Below, piece after piece: positions 41,268 to 49,483 of a stretch of 63,607 nt of DNA. The notes under the pieces are model-generated. The model was given only the letters and a program-made list of their open reading frames with translations. It was not told the DNA's origin and ran no database searches. This stretch comes from a virus (taxonomy: Duplodnaviria; Caudoviricetes), in IMG/VR virus record IMGVR_UViG_3300043172_000883, positions 1 to 63,607 of that record; one strand, 5' to 3'. Both the position numbers and the translations under genes were made by a program. The stretch's first letter is position 1; each line of letters opens with the position of its first letter.

Positions 41268-41767
41268 CTGTTACAACCGCCTTTATTACAATATCTTTTA
41301 TCTTATATGCTTCACTGTTTAACAGACTCTTGAGAATGCTTCTTTTAACAACTCGAGTGGTAGATTTTATCAATTCTTCAGTAAAAACAGTATTTATCCA
41401 TATTTCCCATTGTTCGATACTTACATCCGAAAGCATATTTGAATCGATATCTAGTAATTCTCTTGCTACGTCTCCCCAATGAAATTTAATTACATGGAAA
41501 TATGCCTTATCGCGTACTTTATTACTGATTAGTTGTCCTAGATCGACCATTATTTTTCCTCCTTCAAATCACTCAGTAATAATTCTTTCACAATTACCAA
41601 ATGTTCTTTATCTTGAAGTTTGATAACCAAATCATAACACGTATCACAGACTTCGATTCTGTTGCTATCTTTGATTGATGTGTATTCAAGCAATAATGTT
41701 TTCTCAACGATAAGTAATCTTTTGGTTGCCTCTGATCTGATTCCAATCCTAAAACATAATCGACACA

Positions 41768-42877
41768 TCATTTGCGACCCATCTCCTCTTTCAAATCTGT
41801 CTCACAACAGTATCTGAATTTGCAATATAGCTCACGACATTCCCAAAAATTATTATTACCCAGAAGTGCTCCACGCTGCATGGCAGTAAGTGGGATAATG
41901 GTCCGTTCTTCCTCTGCAGTGAACACGAGATCAAGTTTTTCCTGAAGTGGTTCAAGCCAGCTCTCATCGAAATCTTGCTTGTAATACCTCATCTCGTAGT
42001 TATTACGGTCCATATAGAGTATTGCGCCTTTGATACCGCCGAGTGCAGCTTGATAGCCCAATAACTGTTCGAGATGACCAGCTTTGGGTGTGTATTGGAA
42101 TCCTTTGGTTGATTTGATATCAATTACCACCAGCTCATTATCAACCCTGCATAGCATATCTGGATGGCCTGTCACCTTACCAGGTCGGCCTTTGATAAGT
42201 GCTGTTGGTGGTATATCAAATTCCATATTGATAACAATATCGGATCCCTCAAGCCTTGATTGAATATACTCATGTACTGATTGGCCAGCCTCGGCTTCAT
42301 TTAACACGTCGAGTGATTTATGGCGATAGTGACGATCAAATGATTCTTTGACAATCGCTTTATCAAAATACAGCGTTTTTGGTTTCTTCAGATTCATCTT
42401 GGCAAATTGCATCTTTCGCATACATCCTGGGAGTGAGGACATGCGCTGCGTTCCCTTATCTGGTACGTACCCATGACCAAACTCCCTGTTCTTCTTGTGG
42501 AGCCTCTCACGAATGGCGATGTAAAGCGGATCACTGTTATCCAGGGTTGGTTGTCTACTAACCGCTGCTTTGCTGATCTGACGGAATAATAAAACACCAC
42601 CTTTTTTATTCTTCTCGATGTTGAACCTGCGTTTACCAACACTGTAATCATCACTGGTGGTGGTTTCTCGACCCATAAATTCATATTCTGCAAATGGTAT
42701 AACTGGAGCGTTTTCCAGTGCATGATGACCAAAATAACTTATGATGGCATCGCCTTGAAATGTTGCATGTGCAATCCACATGGGTACATCACCAGGTAGC
42801 ACCATGGCCTTATCCCACTGCGTTGTTACCATTACTTTGTAAAGTAAAAGTTCTGGCATTATTTTTCTTGCCTCCAT
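41768..42877 (-). CDS. Cas4-like PD-(D/E)XK exonuclease with Fe-S cluster
   Basis: SSLPGCMRK, GQSVH, GHPD...VIDIKST, QLLGY, C-terminal EC..YCKFRYCC. Confidence 0.85.
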   Translation of the reverse strand: MEARKIMPELLLYKVMVTTQWDKAMVLPGDVPMWIAHATFQGDAIISYFGHHALENAPVIPFAEYEFMGRETTTSDDYSVGKRRFNIEKNKKGGVLLFRQISKAAVSRQPTLDNSDPLYIAIRERLHKKNREFGHGYVPDKGTQRMSSLPGCMRKMQFAKMNLKKPKTLYFDKAIVKESFDRHYRHKSLDVLNEAEAGQSVHEYIQSRLEGSDIVINMEFDIPPTALIKGRPGKVTGHPDMLCRVDNELVVIDIKSTKGFQYTPKAGHLEQLLGYQAALGGIKGAILYMDRNNYEMRYYKQDFDESWLEPLQEKLDLVFTAEEERTIIPLTAMQRGALLGNNNFWECRELYCKFRYCCETDLKEEMGRK

Positions 42878-43047
42878 TCTTCCTCGGTGGTTTGTTTGGC
42901 TACTGTCTGTCGTACTGCCCTACAATTTTCACACCAGAGTAATGTTGTGTTTATCCACTGTCGCACGGCGCGACCGTTGATCTTGGCACGTTTCCTGATT
43001 TTTGGTATGTATAGCCTTGCATTACACACGTTACACTTAGGATTCAT
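42859..43047 (-). CDS. Small Zn-ribbon protein
   Basis: CNVC...WCENC; TATA ~25 nt upstream (leaderless). Confidence 0.6.
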   Translation of the reverse strand: MNPKCNVCNARLYIPKIRKRAKINGRAVRQWINTTLLWCENCRAVRQTVAKQTTEEEWRQEK

Positions 43048-43098
43048 ATTAGTTATAGCTTGTATTTTGAATATAAAAACTAGGGTATCCCCTAGTGG

Positions 43099-43135
43099 AA
43101 AAATAAATAAAAAAAGTCGGAGGTTTTTAGCCTCC
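43099..43135 (-). terminator. Hairpin plus oligo-T terminator
   Basis: - strand GGAGG CTAAAAA CCTCC GA CTTTTTTTATTTATTTTT. Confidence 0.65.
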
Positions 43136-44096
43136 TTTCGGAAATCGTCATTTCCCTTTGTTAGTTAAAACGAAATTATGGTAATTGGTCTGGTTACATC
43201 CCCTACCACTAAGGGAGTAGTATTGTAGTCACTCCATATTAATCCTTTATTCACACAATTTAGAGAGGGCCAGAGAAGCCGTGCTGAAATCGTTTCTCCA
43301 ACCAGTCTCAGTGAGGATGGTCGATAATCCTCTTCATCATACCCTTGCGGGTACGGGAAGCGACCAACTCTTCCCTTTAGGGGGGTTATTGAAAGGCGGA
43401 GCTTGTGGTCATGTTTCAACCACGCCCGTTATTTCCCATGGGATCAGGGTTTGCCAGCTCCGTTGTAAGAGAGAAGGCGAAAGTTTATCGGTTTAGGATT
43501 GTAAGACAACCTTCTCTGGTTACTGTAAGAGAGAGGGCTTGTACCTTCCTACTAACCCTCTCTTGTTACTGTCAGCCTACTATTGTAAGACCGTAGGCTA
43601 TGGACTGGTATACACTGTCTCGGTAGACCGAGCTTAGGTATTATAAGGGAGAAGGCTGCCATGCATTTTTTTCACAGCTTTATAGGGTGCACCCTAAATA
43701 AACCTTCTCTTTAGTATTGAAGGACTTATGGAGTGACCGTGATGGGGTCAGTACCACCTTCGCAACTACTGTAAGAGAGAAGGCGAGTCCTACTACCACG
43801 AGCTCGAAAGCAATGTGTTCCTTCTCTTGTTACTGTAATCGGGATAAGTCCTGACAGCTACCTTCAATCTATTTAAAGTCAGATCACGACAACCATTCAG
43901 TAGCGTAACTTATCCCTAAGTTGGTATTGTAATGAAAGAAGGGTATTTTTACTACTGGAAACCTTCCCTCGTTACTATAATGGGGACCTACATCCGTGAG
44001 GAATGCCCCTAGTTTTGCCAATGTAATGGGGAAATAGGTTCGTAAACCACATTCCCCGTTTGTGAAGTAGTCAGTTCCACGCTCTGCCTAAGACAT
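43105..44096 (-). ncRNA. Putative ~1 kb structured non-coding RNA (tandem hairpins with UUACARUA linkers)
   Basis: No credible ORF; upstream TTAAATA box; downstream terminator; at least 10 hairpins with repeated GAGAAGG/CCUUCUC stems. Confidence 0.7.
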
Positions 44097-44116
44097 TTAA
44101 TAATACGGGCAACCCC

Positions 44117-44123
44117 TATTTAA
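44117..44123 (-). promoter_or_regulatory. TATA box TTAAATA with A-rich BRE, driving the putative ncRNA
   Basis: AAGAAATAA-TTAAATA; same box at 44343, 44780 and 54802 in front of - strand units. Confidence 0.65.
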
Positions 44124-44144
44124 TTATTTCTTATTTAATAGGAT

Positions 44145-44321
44145 TTATTGTCCAGTAATCTTGATAATTGCCTTGATATATCCATCATAAATGCGTTTTA
44201 TTTCATCGTGAGCTTGTTCTTTTGTATAGCTCCCTTTCAAAGTACTTGCGTCCTTCACAACTTGACCAATCGATCCGAGTGTGAAAGCCAACAAACTGAT
44301 TATATCTGCTGAGTCAGTCAT
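44145..44321 (-). CDS. 58-aa hypothetical protein (MTDSADIISLLAFTLGSIGQVVK...), not in the ORF track
   Basis: Leaderless ATG ~21 nt below the TTAAATA box at 44343-44349; open frame to TAA. Confidence 0.65.
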   Translation of the reverse strand: MTDSADIISLLAFTLGSIGQVVKDASTLKGSYTKEQAHDEIKRIYDGYIKAIIKITGQ

Positions 44322-44365
44322 AGCTAATTATTGGCAATACCCTATTTAATCCTTGCTTATGTTAT

Positions 44366-44734
44366 TTAGTTAGAAGTTTCCACTGATGCTTTTTCTTGTT
44401 TTGCAATCTTTACTAATTCATAGCTTATGATTGCATTTTTTATCTTAATCCATGTCTGTTCATTGAATTTACCATCTGGTAAATCATTGCCTCTTGTCCA
44501 ATCTTCTCCTGCTCTTGGTTTCCTATTCGAAACTTGGCATCCTAAATAATCATTATTGGCTGTAATTGAATATCTATTATTCTTTGTAAAAAAATGGATG
44601 TTAAATTTATCTTTGCGATCTTGTAATATAAATTTAAAATGATCTTCTATATTATTTGTACGATATAATAGTTCACTCAACCAATCTATAAGTTGTTGAT
44701 GTAATGGGGTTAATATTTTATTCATTTGTATCAC
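44366..44734 (-). CDS. Hypothetical protein
   Basis: 122 aa; own TTAAATA promoter at 44780-44786. Confidence 0.65.
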   Translation of the reverse strand: MIQMNKILTPLHQQLIDWLSELLYRTNNIEDHFKFILQDRKDKFNIHFFTKNNRYSITANNDYLGCQVSNRKPRAGEDWTRGNDLPDGKFNEQTWIKIKNAIISYELVKIAKQEKASVETSN

Positions 44735-44802
44735 TTTTATACCGCTAAGCAGCGGTTATATAATAATACGAGAATCAAGTATTTAATATTTTGTTTGTAC
44801 TT

Positions 44803-45153
44803 TTAAGTTAAAACACATTTCATCTCACATTTAAAAATGCGACACATGTTTGGTCTATCCTCATAGATTAAACATTTACTATTAACCGCTAGTGGGCATA
44901 TACGTACGCCCTCCAATACCTCTATTAAAATAAAATCATCATTGAATTGTCTATATGCTTTACCATCATTGTTTCTCTTGTCATAATCTCCATACGGATA
45001 ATCCACTGGATTTACAAATCCGTTCATATTCATATAAAAACAGCATGGAGCCAAACAATCATTACATCTATCTATCCAGTTTTGTCGATATCTGGTTAGA
45101 TTCTTATGCCCTACCATATTATCAAGTTGTCCCCATCTATTCAAAATAATCAC
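44803..45153 (-). CDS. YkgJ/CxxCxxCC-family Fe-S or Zn cluster protein
   Basis: CNDCLAPCC...CPLAVNSKCLIYEDRPNMCRIFKC. Confidence 0.8.
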   Translation of the reverse strand: MIILNRWGQLDNMVGHKNLTRYRQNWIDRCNDCLAPCCFYMNMNGFVNPVDYPYGDYDKRNNDGKAYRQFNDDFILIEVLEGVRICPLAVNSKCLIYEDRPNMCRIFKCEMKCVLT

Positions 45154-45844
45154 CTAACTCCGCATTTTGCCAGTATGGACTAAATCTAACCCAGGGATCC
45201 AAATCACATGCAAATATCTGTGCTCCTCGCCCATATGCCGCTGCTATGCTTGCACCATAACCAGCGAAGGGGTCCAGAATACAAGTGCTTTTCAGATGCC
45301 TAAATAACTCGCTTAGTAATTCTTTAGGCTTGGCCGCTGATCTTGCCAGTTTGGTACTGCCATTTTTGGCCTTACGCATGGGACCAGGCAATGTGATATA
45401 TTTATTGAGAATTTGACCTTTTGGTTTTCCCTTGATTTTCGTTCCTTGAACATAAATATGCTCTCCGTTGTTACGGTCCGCGTTACCAGCTATGGTAATA
45501 TTAATTGGTTTTACCCAGGCATGCTTGCATGCAATATTATCAAGATGTTGTAATCGCTCCTCTTGGCTATGAAAGTGAATGATATAGGTATCTGGTTTGA
45601 TTCTTGATTTGATATAATCAAATATTTTTTTCCTAAGTACTGGATCCATTAATCTAACTGCGGGATTATTCCATGGGACACACGCATCCTTCTTCATCTT
45701 GGTCCTACCATTAACTCGTTCCTCATCTTCTTTGTTGCCAGCATCAAAATAGGGAGGATCCCATACCACCGTATCGATAATGGGCCAAACCTCATCTGGA
45801 ATAGATTTTACGAAATCATATCCATCAATACCAAATTTAATCAA
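45137..45844 (-). CDS. Beta-class amino-DNA methyltransferase (probably N6-adenine)
   Basis: VVWDPPY...KPKELL...ILDPFAGYG. Confidence 0.8.
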   Translation of the reverse strand: MIKFGIDGYDFVKSIPDEVWPIIDTVVWDPPYFDAGNKEDEERVNGRTKMKKDACVPWNNPAVRLMDPVLRKKIFDYIKSRIKPDTYIIHFHSQEERLQHLDNIACKHAWVKPINITIAGNADRNNGEHIYVQGTKIKGKPKGQILNKYITLPGPMRKAKNGSTKLARSAAKPKELLSELFRHLKSTCILDPFAGYGASIAAAYGRGAQIFACDLDPWVRFSPYWQNAELGDYFE

Positions 45845-46009
45845 TCTTAATCACCACTGGTTTACCATTGCTCTTGGACCTCGCATACATATCTAACAAA
45901 TGATCCAAGAAATCATCATGTGTTATATTCTCTCGTCTGAGATCGCCCTTGTGTCGCTCTTTCTTTTCCAAGAATCGCTCATGTGTGGCTCGACTGATAG
46001 TTATCACAC

Positions 46010-46777
46010 TCATATAAAAAACTCCTGCAATGGTCGCGATCTTATTAAAAATTCATCAGAATTAAATTTCAATTGGTGATGTGTGGTTATTTCAATTCTC
46101 TTCAAATATTCTTGGAAATATAACTCAAATTCATGGGTTTTAGCTGATGCCTTTCCAAGCCCGCCTATCCTTGGAAACTTCCAACTCATACTATCAAAAC
46201 TATCTATAATTGCAAAAACGTTTTTCAAATGGTATAATCTCAGACCAAAGGCGTGGATGAAGCTTTCTGGAAATTGTTTTCTCAGGTAGTGCAGGGCATG
46301 TTTAACAAAATCACGGTTCCCACTTTTACACATGGTTCCAACTGCAATCTTATCATGTGGCCCATATTCCTTTTTGAACCAAGTTATAAATTCAACAAAA
46401 CTACCGTAATTATCATAATAGCCTTGGATCACTGGAAGTTGACTAGGATCCTCTGGATTGAATAGATCCATCAAAAGCTGTTTACTATATTCCACATTAT
46501 CAACATCTGTTTTTTTACCAAATTCACCAACCAAGTCTGGACAATCTGGGACCACCTTCCAACCATCAGTTTTCAGATTCTTCCATTTGTTAATTTTTTT
46601 GTCAGAATGCCTATCAGATTTCAGTAAATCATAGATCCCAATATCCACAATCTCATGCTTATAATTCTTCCTTGGTTTTTGTTTGATATTCCGCATGATG
46701 TATGGGTAATCAATCGGTGCGTAAGTATAGAACCTCATAATATCACCCACAATTACCCATATGGCTTTCAATCGCAA
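46010..46777 (-). CDS. TGT/DpdA-like transglycosylase (7-deazaguanine insertion-like)
   Basis: IVDIG, VPD, LPVIQG, IAVG, IHAFG, DSFDSMSW match the TGT/DpdA motif order. Confidence 0.7.
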   Translation of the reverse strand: MRLKAIWVIVGDIMRFYTYAPIDYPYIMRNIKQKPRKNYKHEIVDIGIYDLLKSDRHSDKKINKWKNLKTDGWKVVPDCPDLVGEFGKKTDVDNVEYSKQLLMDLFNPEDPSQLPVIQGYYDNYGSFVEFITWFKKEYGPHDKIAVGTMCKSGNRDFVKHALHYLRKQFPESFIHAFGLRLYHLKNVFAIIDSFDSMSWKFPRIGGLGKASAKTHEFELYFQEYLKRIEITTHHQLKFNSDEFLIRSRPLQEFFI

Positions 46778-47275
46778 TTTTAATCATTTTCAATTGGTCC
46801 TTTGATAATGGTACTTCTTTGGTTTCTTCTTCAATATGACCGCAAATATGAAGATATAAATCTGAGAATTGATATTTTAGTTTCTTCATAATCCTCTCTC
46901 CTCATAGATATCCAGGGTTTGCTCATTATATCTGCATGTTTCACAACACTTGGCAAATCTCCATTTATGGTAGTAGAATTGCTCTCTGCACTTGAAACAT
47001 CGAAGCCTCCAATATTTCTGCTTACGATATCGTGTGGATCTACGCAGTCGTATCAATCTCAAAATCATAATTATCCTCTTCTTCTATTTCTATATTTTGA
47101 TTATAGCGGTCCGCCATGATACCAACCGTTAGGATCCAGATAATCAACACTAGCACAGTCATCTCAAAGGTCCAAGCATCCGAGATTGCTTTTAATATGT
47201 TAACTATGAAAATTATCACGAAGATAAATAATCCTGCGAAGAAAGCAAAGCGAACCCGCTCATATTGTTGCATAC

Positions 47276-47566
47276 TCATCCTTCTTTCCTCCTTATCTGT
47301 CGTCCACTGATCGCAGGATTATATGCAAATTTAATTGCACCATCCCGTATATTTGGGCTAATTATGACCATCATACCATAGATTACTGTTATACCATAAT
47401 CTTGATACAAAATCACATATTCTGGTTTTACACCATGGTTGTGTATTATACGATCCATCCCCTGTTTCACCTCGTATATCATGGCATGGCGTTCCTGATC
47501 AGCTAGCGGTTCAAGCTTCTTCAATTCAGCTTCCAGTTCTTCTATCTTGTCATCTACATTCATCAT
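47276..47566 (-). CDS. Hypothetical protein with a capsid-like C-terminal peptide
   Basis: TVIYGMMVIISPNIRDGAIKF. Confidence 0.5.
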   Translation of the reverse strand: MMNVDDKIEELEAELKKLEPLADQERHAMIYEVKQGMDRIIHNHGVKPEYVILYQDYGITVIYGMMVIISPNIRDGAIKFAYNPAISGRQIRRKEG

Positions 47567-48183
47567 CAGTCATCCTCCAAATCGTACACTTCCAAGGTGG
47601 CTTTATAATATTCATCAAATGTCGCTATTCCTATTTGAACCCATGTTTCATATTTTATATTGTATTTTGTCCCTAATTCTTTCATAATCTTTTCCACATC
47701 ATTTGGTGCTTTGCTAAACCTGATTTTCTCGCCTTTGTAATCCTCTTTTGAAACAAAAAAACTTTTACTTTCAAAAATAGGTTCTATGCTTTTTATCTCA
47801 AACCCTAGCAATCTTAGCTCGAATTCTAGTTCACTTAGTTTCATTAGTTAATCCTCCAAGACATATAAGGTACAATAACACCATCTGGGTTCATTTCCCA
47901 TCTCTTGATATCTTCTAGGATCTCCAGACATATATAAGTAAGGTGTGCTTCGAATGCATTAAATTTTGAATCTACAATTGACCAAACTCCAATTTGTAGT
48001 ACATCCATAAACATTTTACCCGCATAGAAAGTGAAAATATAGTAATAGCCATTCATGGTGAGGCTGGTATCACTCATCACACCAAAATAGAAGAAAGTCA
48101 TCTTCTCAGCCAGTTGTGGTAATTTTCCTATATCTTTTTCTAGGGTTATCTGTCCATGTTCTAAGTCAATCATAATATCACCT

Positions 48184-49479
48184 TCAAAAATATTCCTCCA
48201 AACGATATGATTCTATTTTAGGTTCCAATTTAATAGGTTCTAGCTTAAATGCCTCTTCTAATGTGGTGGCATTTAATATTTTCTCAACCAACGCTGTGTA
48301 AGGAGGCAATGCACCAGCAAACCCTAATACTCTTCTACCTTTTGCAATCAAATCTAATTGTTCTTTGGTCCAATTGGATGAAATATATTGGTTCTTTTTT
48401 AGTGAAGTCAAAGGTTCAAATCTCATTGGATACGATACCACTCCCCATGACATCAAATCTTTTAGTCTGTATAGAAAATCTTCAGGTGTATCTTTATGAT
48501 TGAACAACGTGTAAAATATCATTTTTTGGCCTTTAAACCCTACATCTTTCAGAAATTGAATTCCGTTTTTCACTCCATTCCTTGCTGACTTCGTATCGTA
48601 GGCCAAATGTAAAAATGGTAATTTAATTTCTTTTAAGTTTCTCGCAATTTTTGGTGTGATTAACCTTGCATCCAAACCTTGATTGAAATCTACTTTTTGA
48701 TTGAATTTCTTAAGATCCATTATTACTTGTTCAAAATTCGGTGCAGCTAGTATATTATTATCCCAAATATACACTCGCTTATGGTTTTCGTTCAACATAG
48801 AATAAATATCATTTTTCACACTGTTGATTCGACCCTCAATTTTGGGAACTACACAGAAAGAACATCTCCTTACACAACCCCTTGTAGTGAACAATATATT
48901 GCCGTTCCAATTTGGAACCAAATCATAAGCAGGATTAAGGTTTTCTACTTCCCTAGATAGCCCTACGTGAACTGCATCAGCGCCAGAAAGAGATGCATGA
49001 TCAGGTAATATTGAAGCGTATATTCCTCCAAGAATAATTTTAGCGGTTGGAAAATATTTTTTATATAGTTTAACAGCTTTCCATACTGACCCCCATGACC
49101 ATGTAAATAAACTGGTAATATAAATAATATTCGGATTAAATTTTGGGAATTGAGATCTCTTTTTTTCTTTCAATCTTATTAGTTCAATATTATCCCCGCG
49201 ATTTCTATGAAATGTAGCTATTTTCAATAATCCTAATGGTGGATATTTTGTGTAATAATTTGGTTCAACTAGTAAAACATTCATTTTCTGAGTGAACTCA
49301 AATTTGAATTGTGTCATTAAGTTTTTCACTTTTCCATTTTTTAGTTTATCAGAATACCATACAAAAGGTAAATCATGGCATATTTTACAAACCCATTGAT
49401 AAGGTCCTGTTGTGTAGGGACCAAGCAATATTTCTGTTTTCTGACCACAACAATCACAGTGCGTTTTTATTAATTTCAT
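48184..49479 (-). CDS. Cobalamin-binding radical SAM enzyme
   Basis: PPLGLLKIA, IILGGIYAS (B12 domain), TTRGCVRRCSFC, DNN, DFNQGLDAR. Confidence 0.88.
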   Translation of the reverse strand: MKLIKTHCDCCGQKTEILLGPYTTGPYQWVCKICHDLPFVWYSDKLKNGKVKNLMTQFKFEFTQKMNVLLVEPNYYTKYPPLGLLKIATFHRNRGDNIELIRLKEKKRSQFPKFNPNIIYITSLFTWSWGSVWKAVKLYKKYFPTAKIILGGIYASILPDHASLSGADAVHVGLSREVENLNPAYDLVPNWNGNILFTTRGCVRRCSFCVVPKIEGRINSVKNDIYSMLNENHKRVYIWDNNILAAPNFEQVIMDLKKFNQKVDFNQGLDARLITPKIARNLKEIKLPFLHLAYDTKSARNGVKNGIQFLKDVGFKGQKMIFYTLFNHKDTPEDFLYRLKDLMSWGVVSYPMRFEPLTSLKKNQYISSNWTKEQLDLIAKGRRVLGFAGALPPYTALVEKILNATTLEEAFKLEPIKLEPKIESYRLEEYF

Positions 49480-49483
49480 AGTA

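Noticed and set aside
41768-42877. Cas4 as part of a CRISPR adaptation module
   Set aside because: No cas1/cas2; it lies beside an annealing protein as in ordinary viral recombination modules. A link to the nearby RNA array is not excluded but has no support
43165-43596. ORFs 43165-43419, 43281-43496 and 43405-43596 as proteins
   Set aside because: No convincing RBS or coupling, atypical composition, and they overlap the hairpin array
43380-44060. Canonical CRISPR mini-array
   Set aside because: No constant 25-40 nt repeat with uniform spacers; the conserved parts are paired stems plus a short linker and unit length varies widely; no cas operon
43380-44060. TIGR array or box C/D guide cluster
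   Set aside because: No regular ~36-nt periodicity, no repeated box C/D motifs, and no Nop-domain protein recognised
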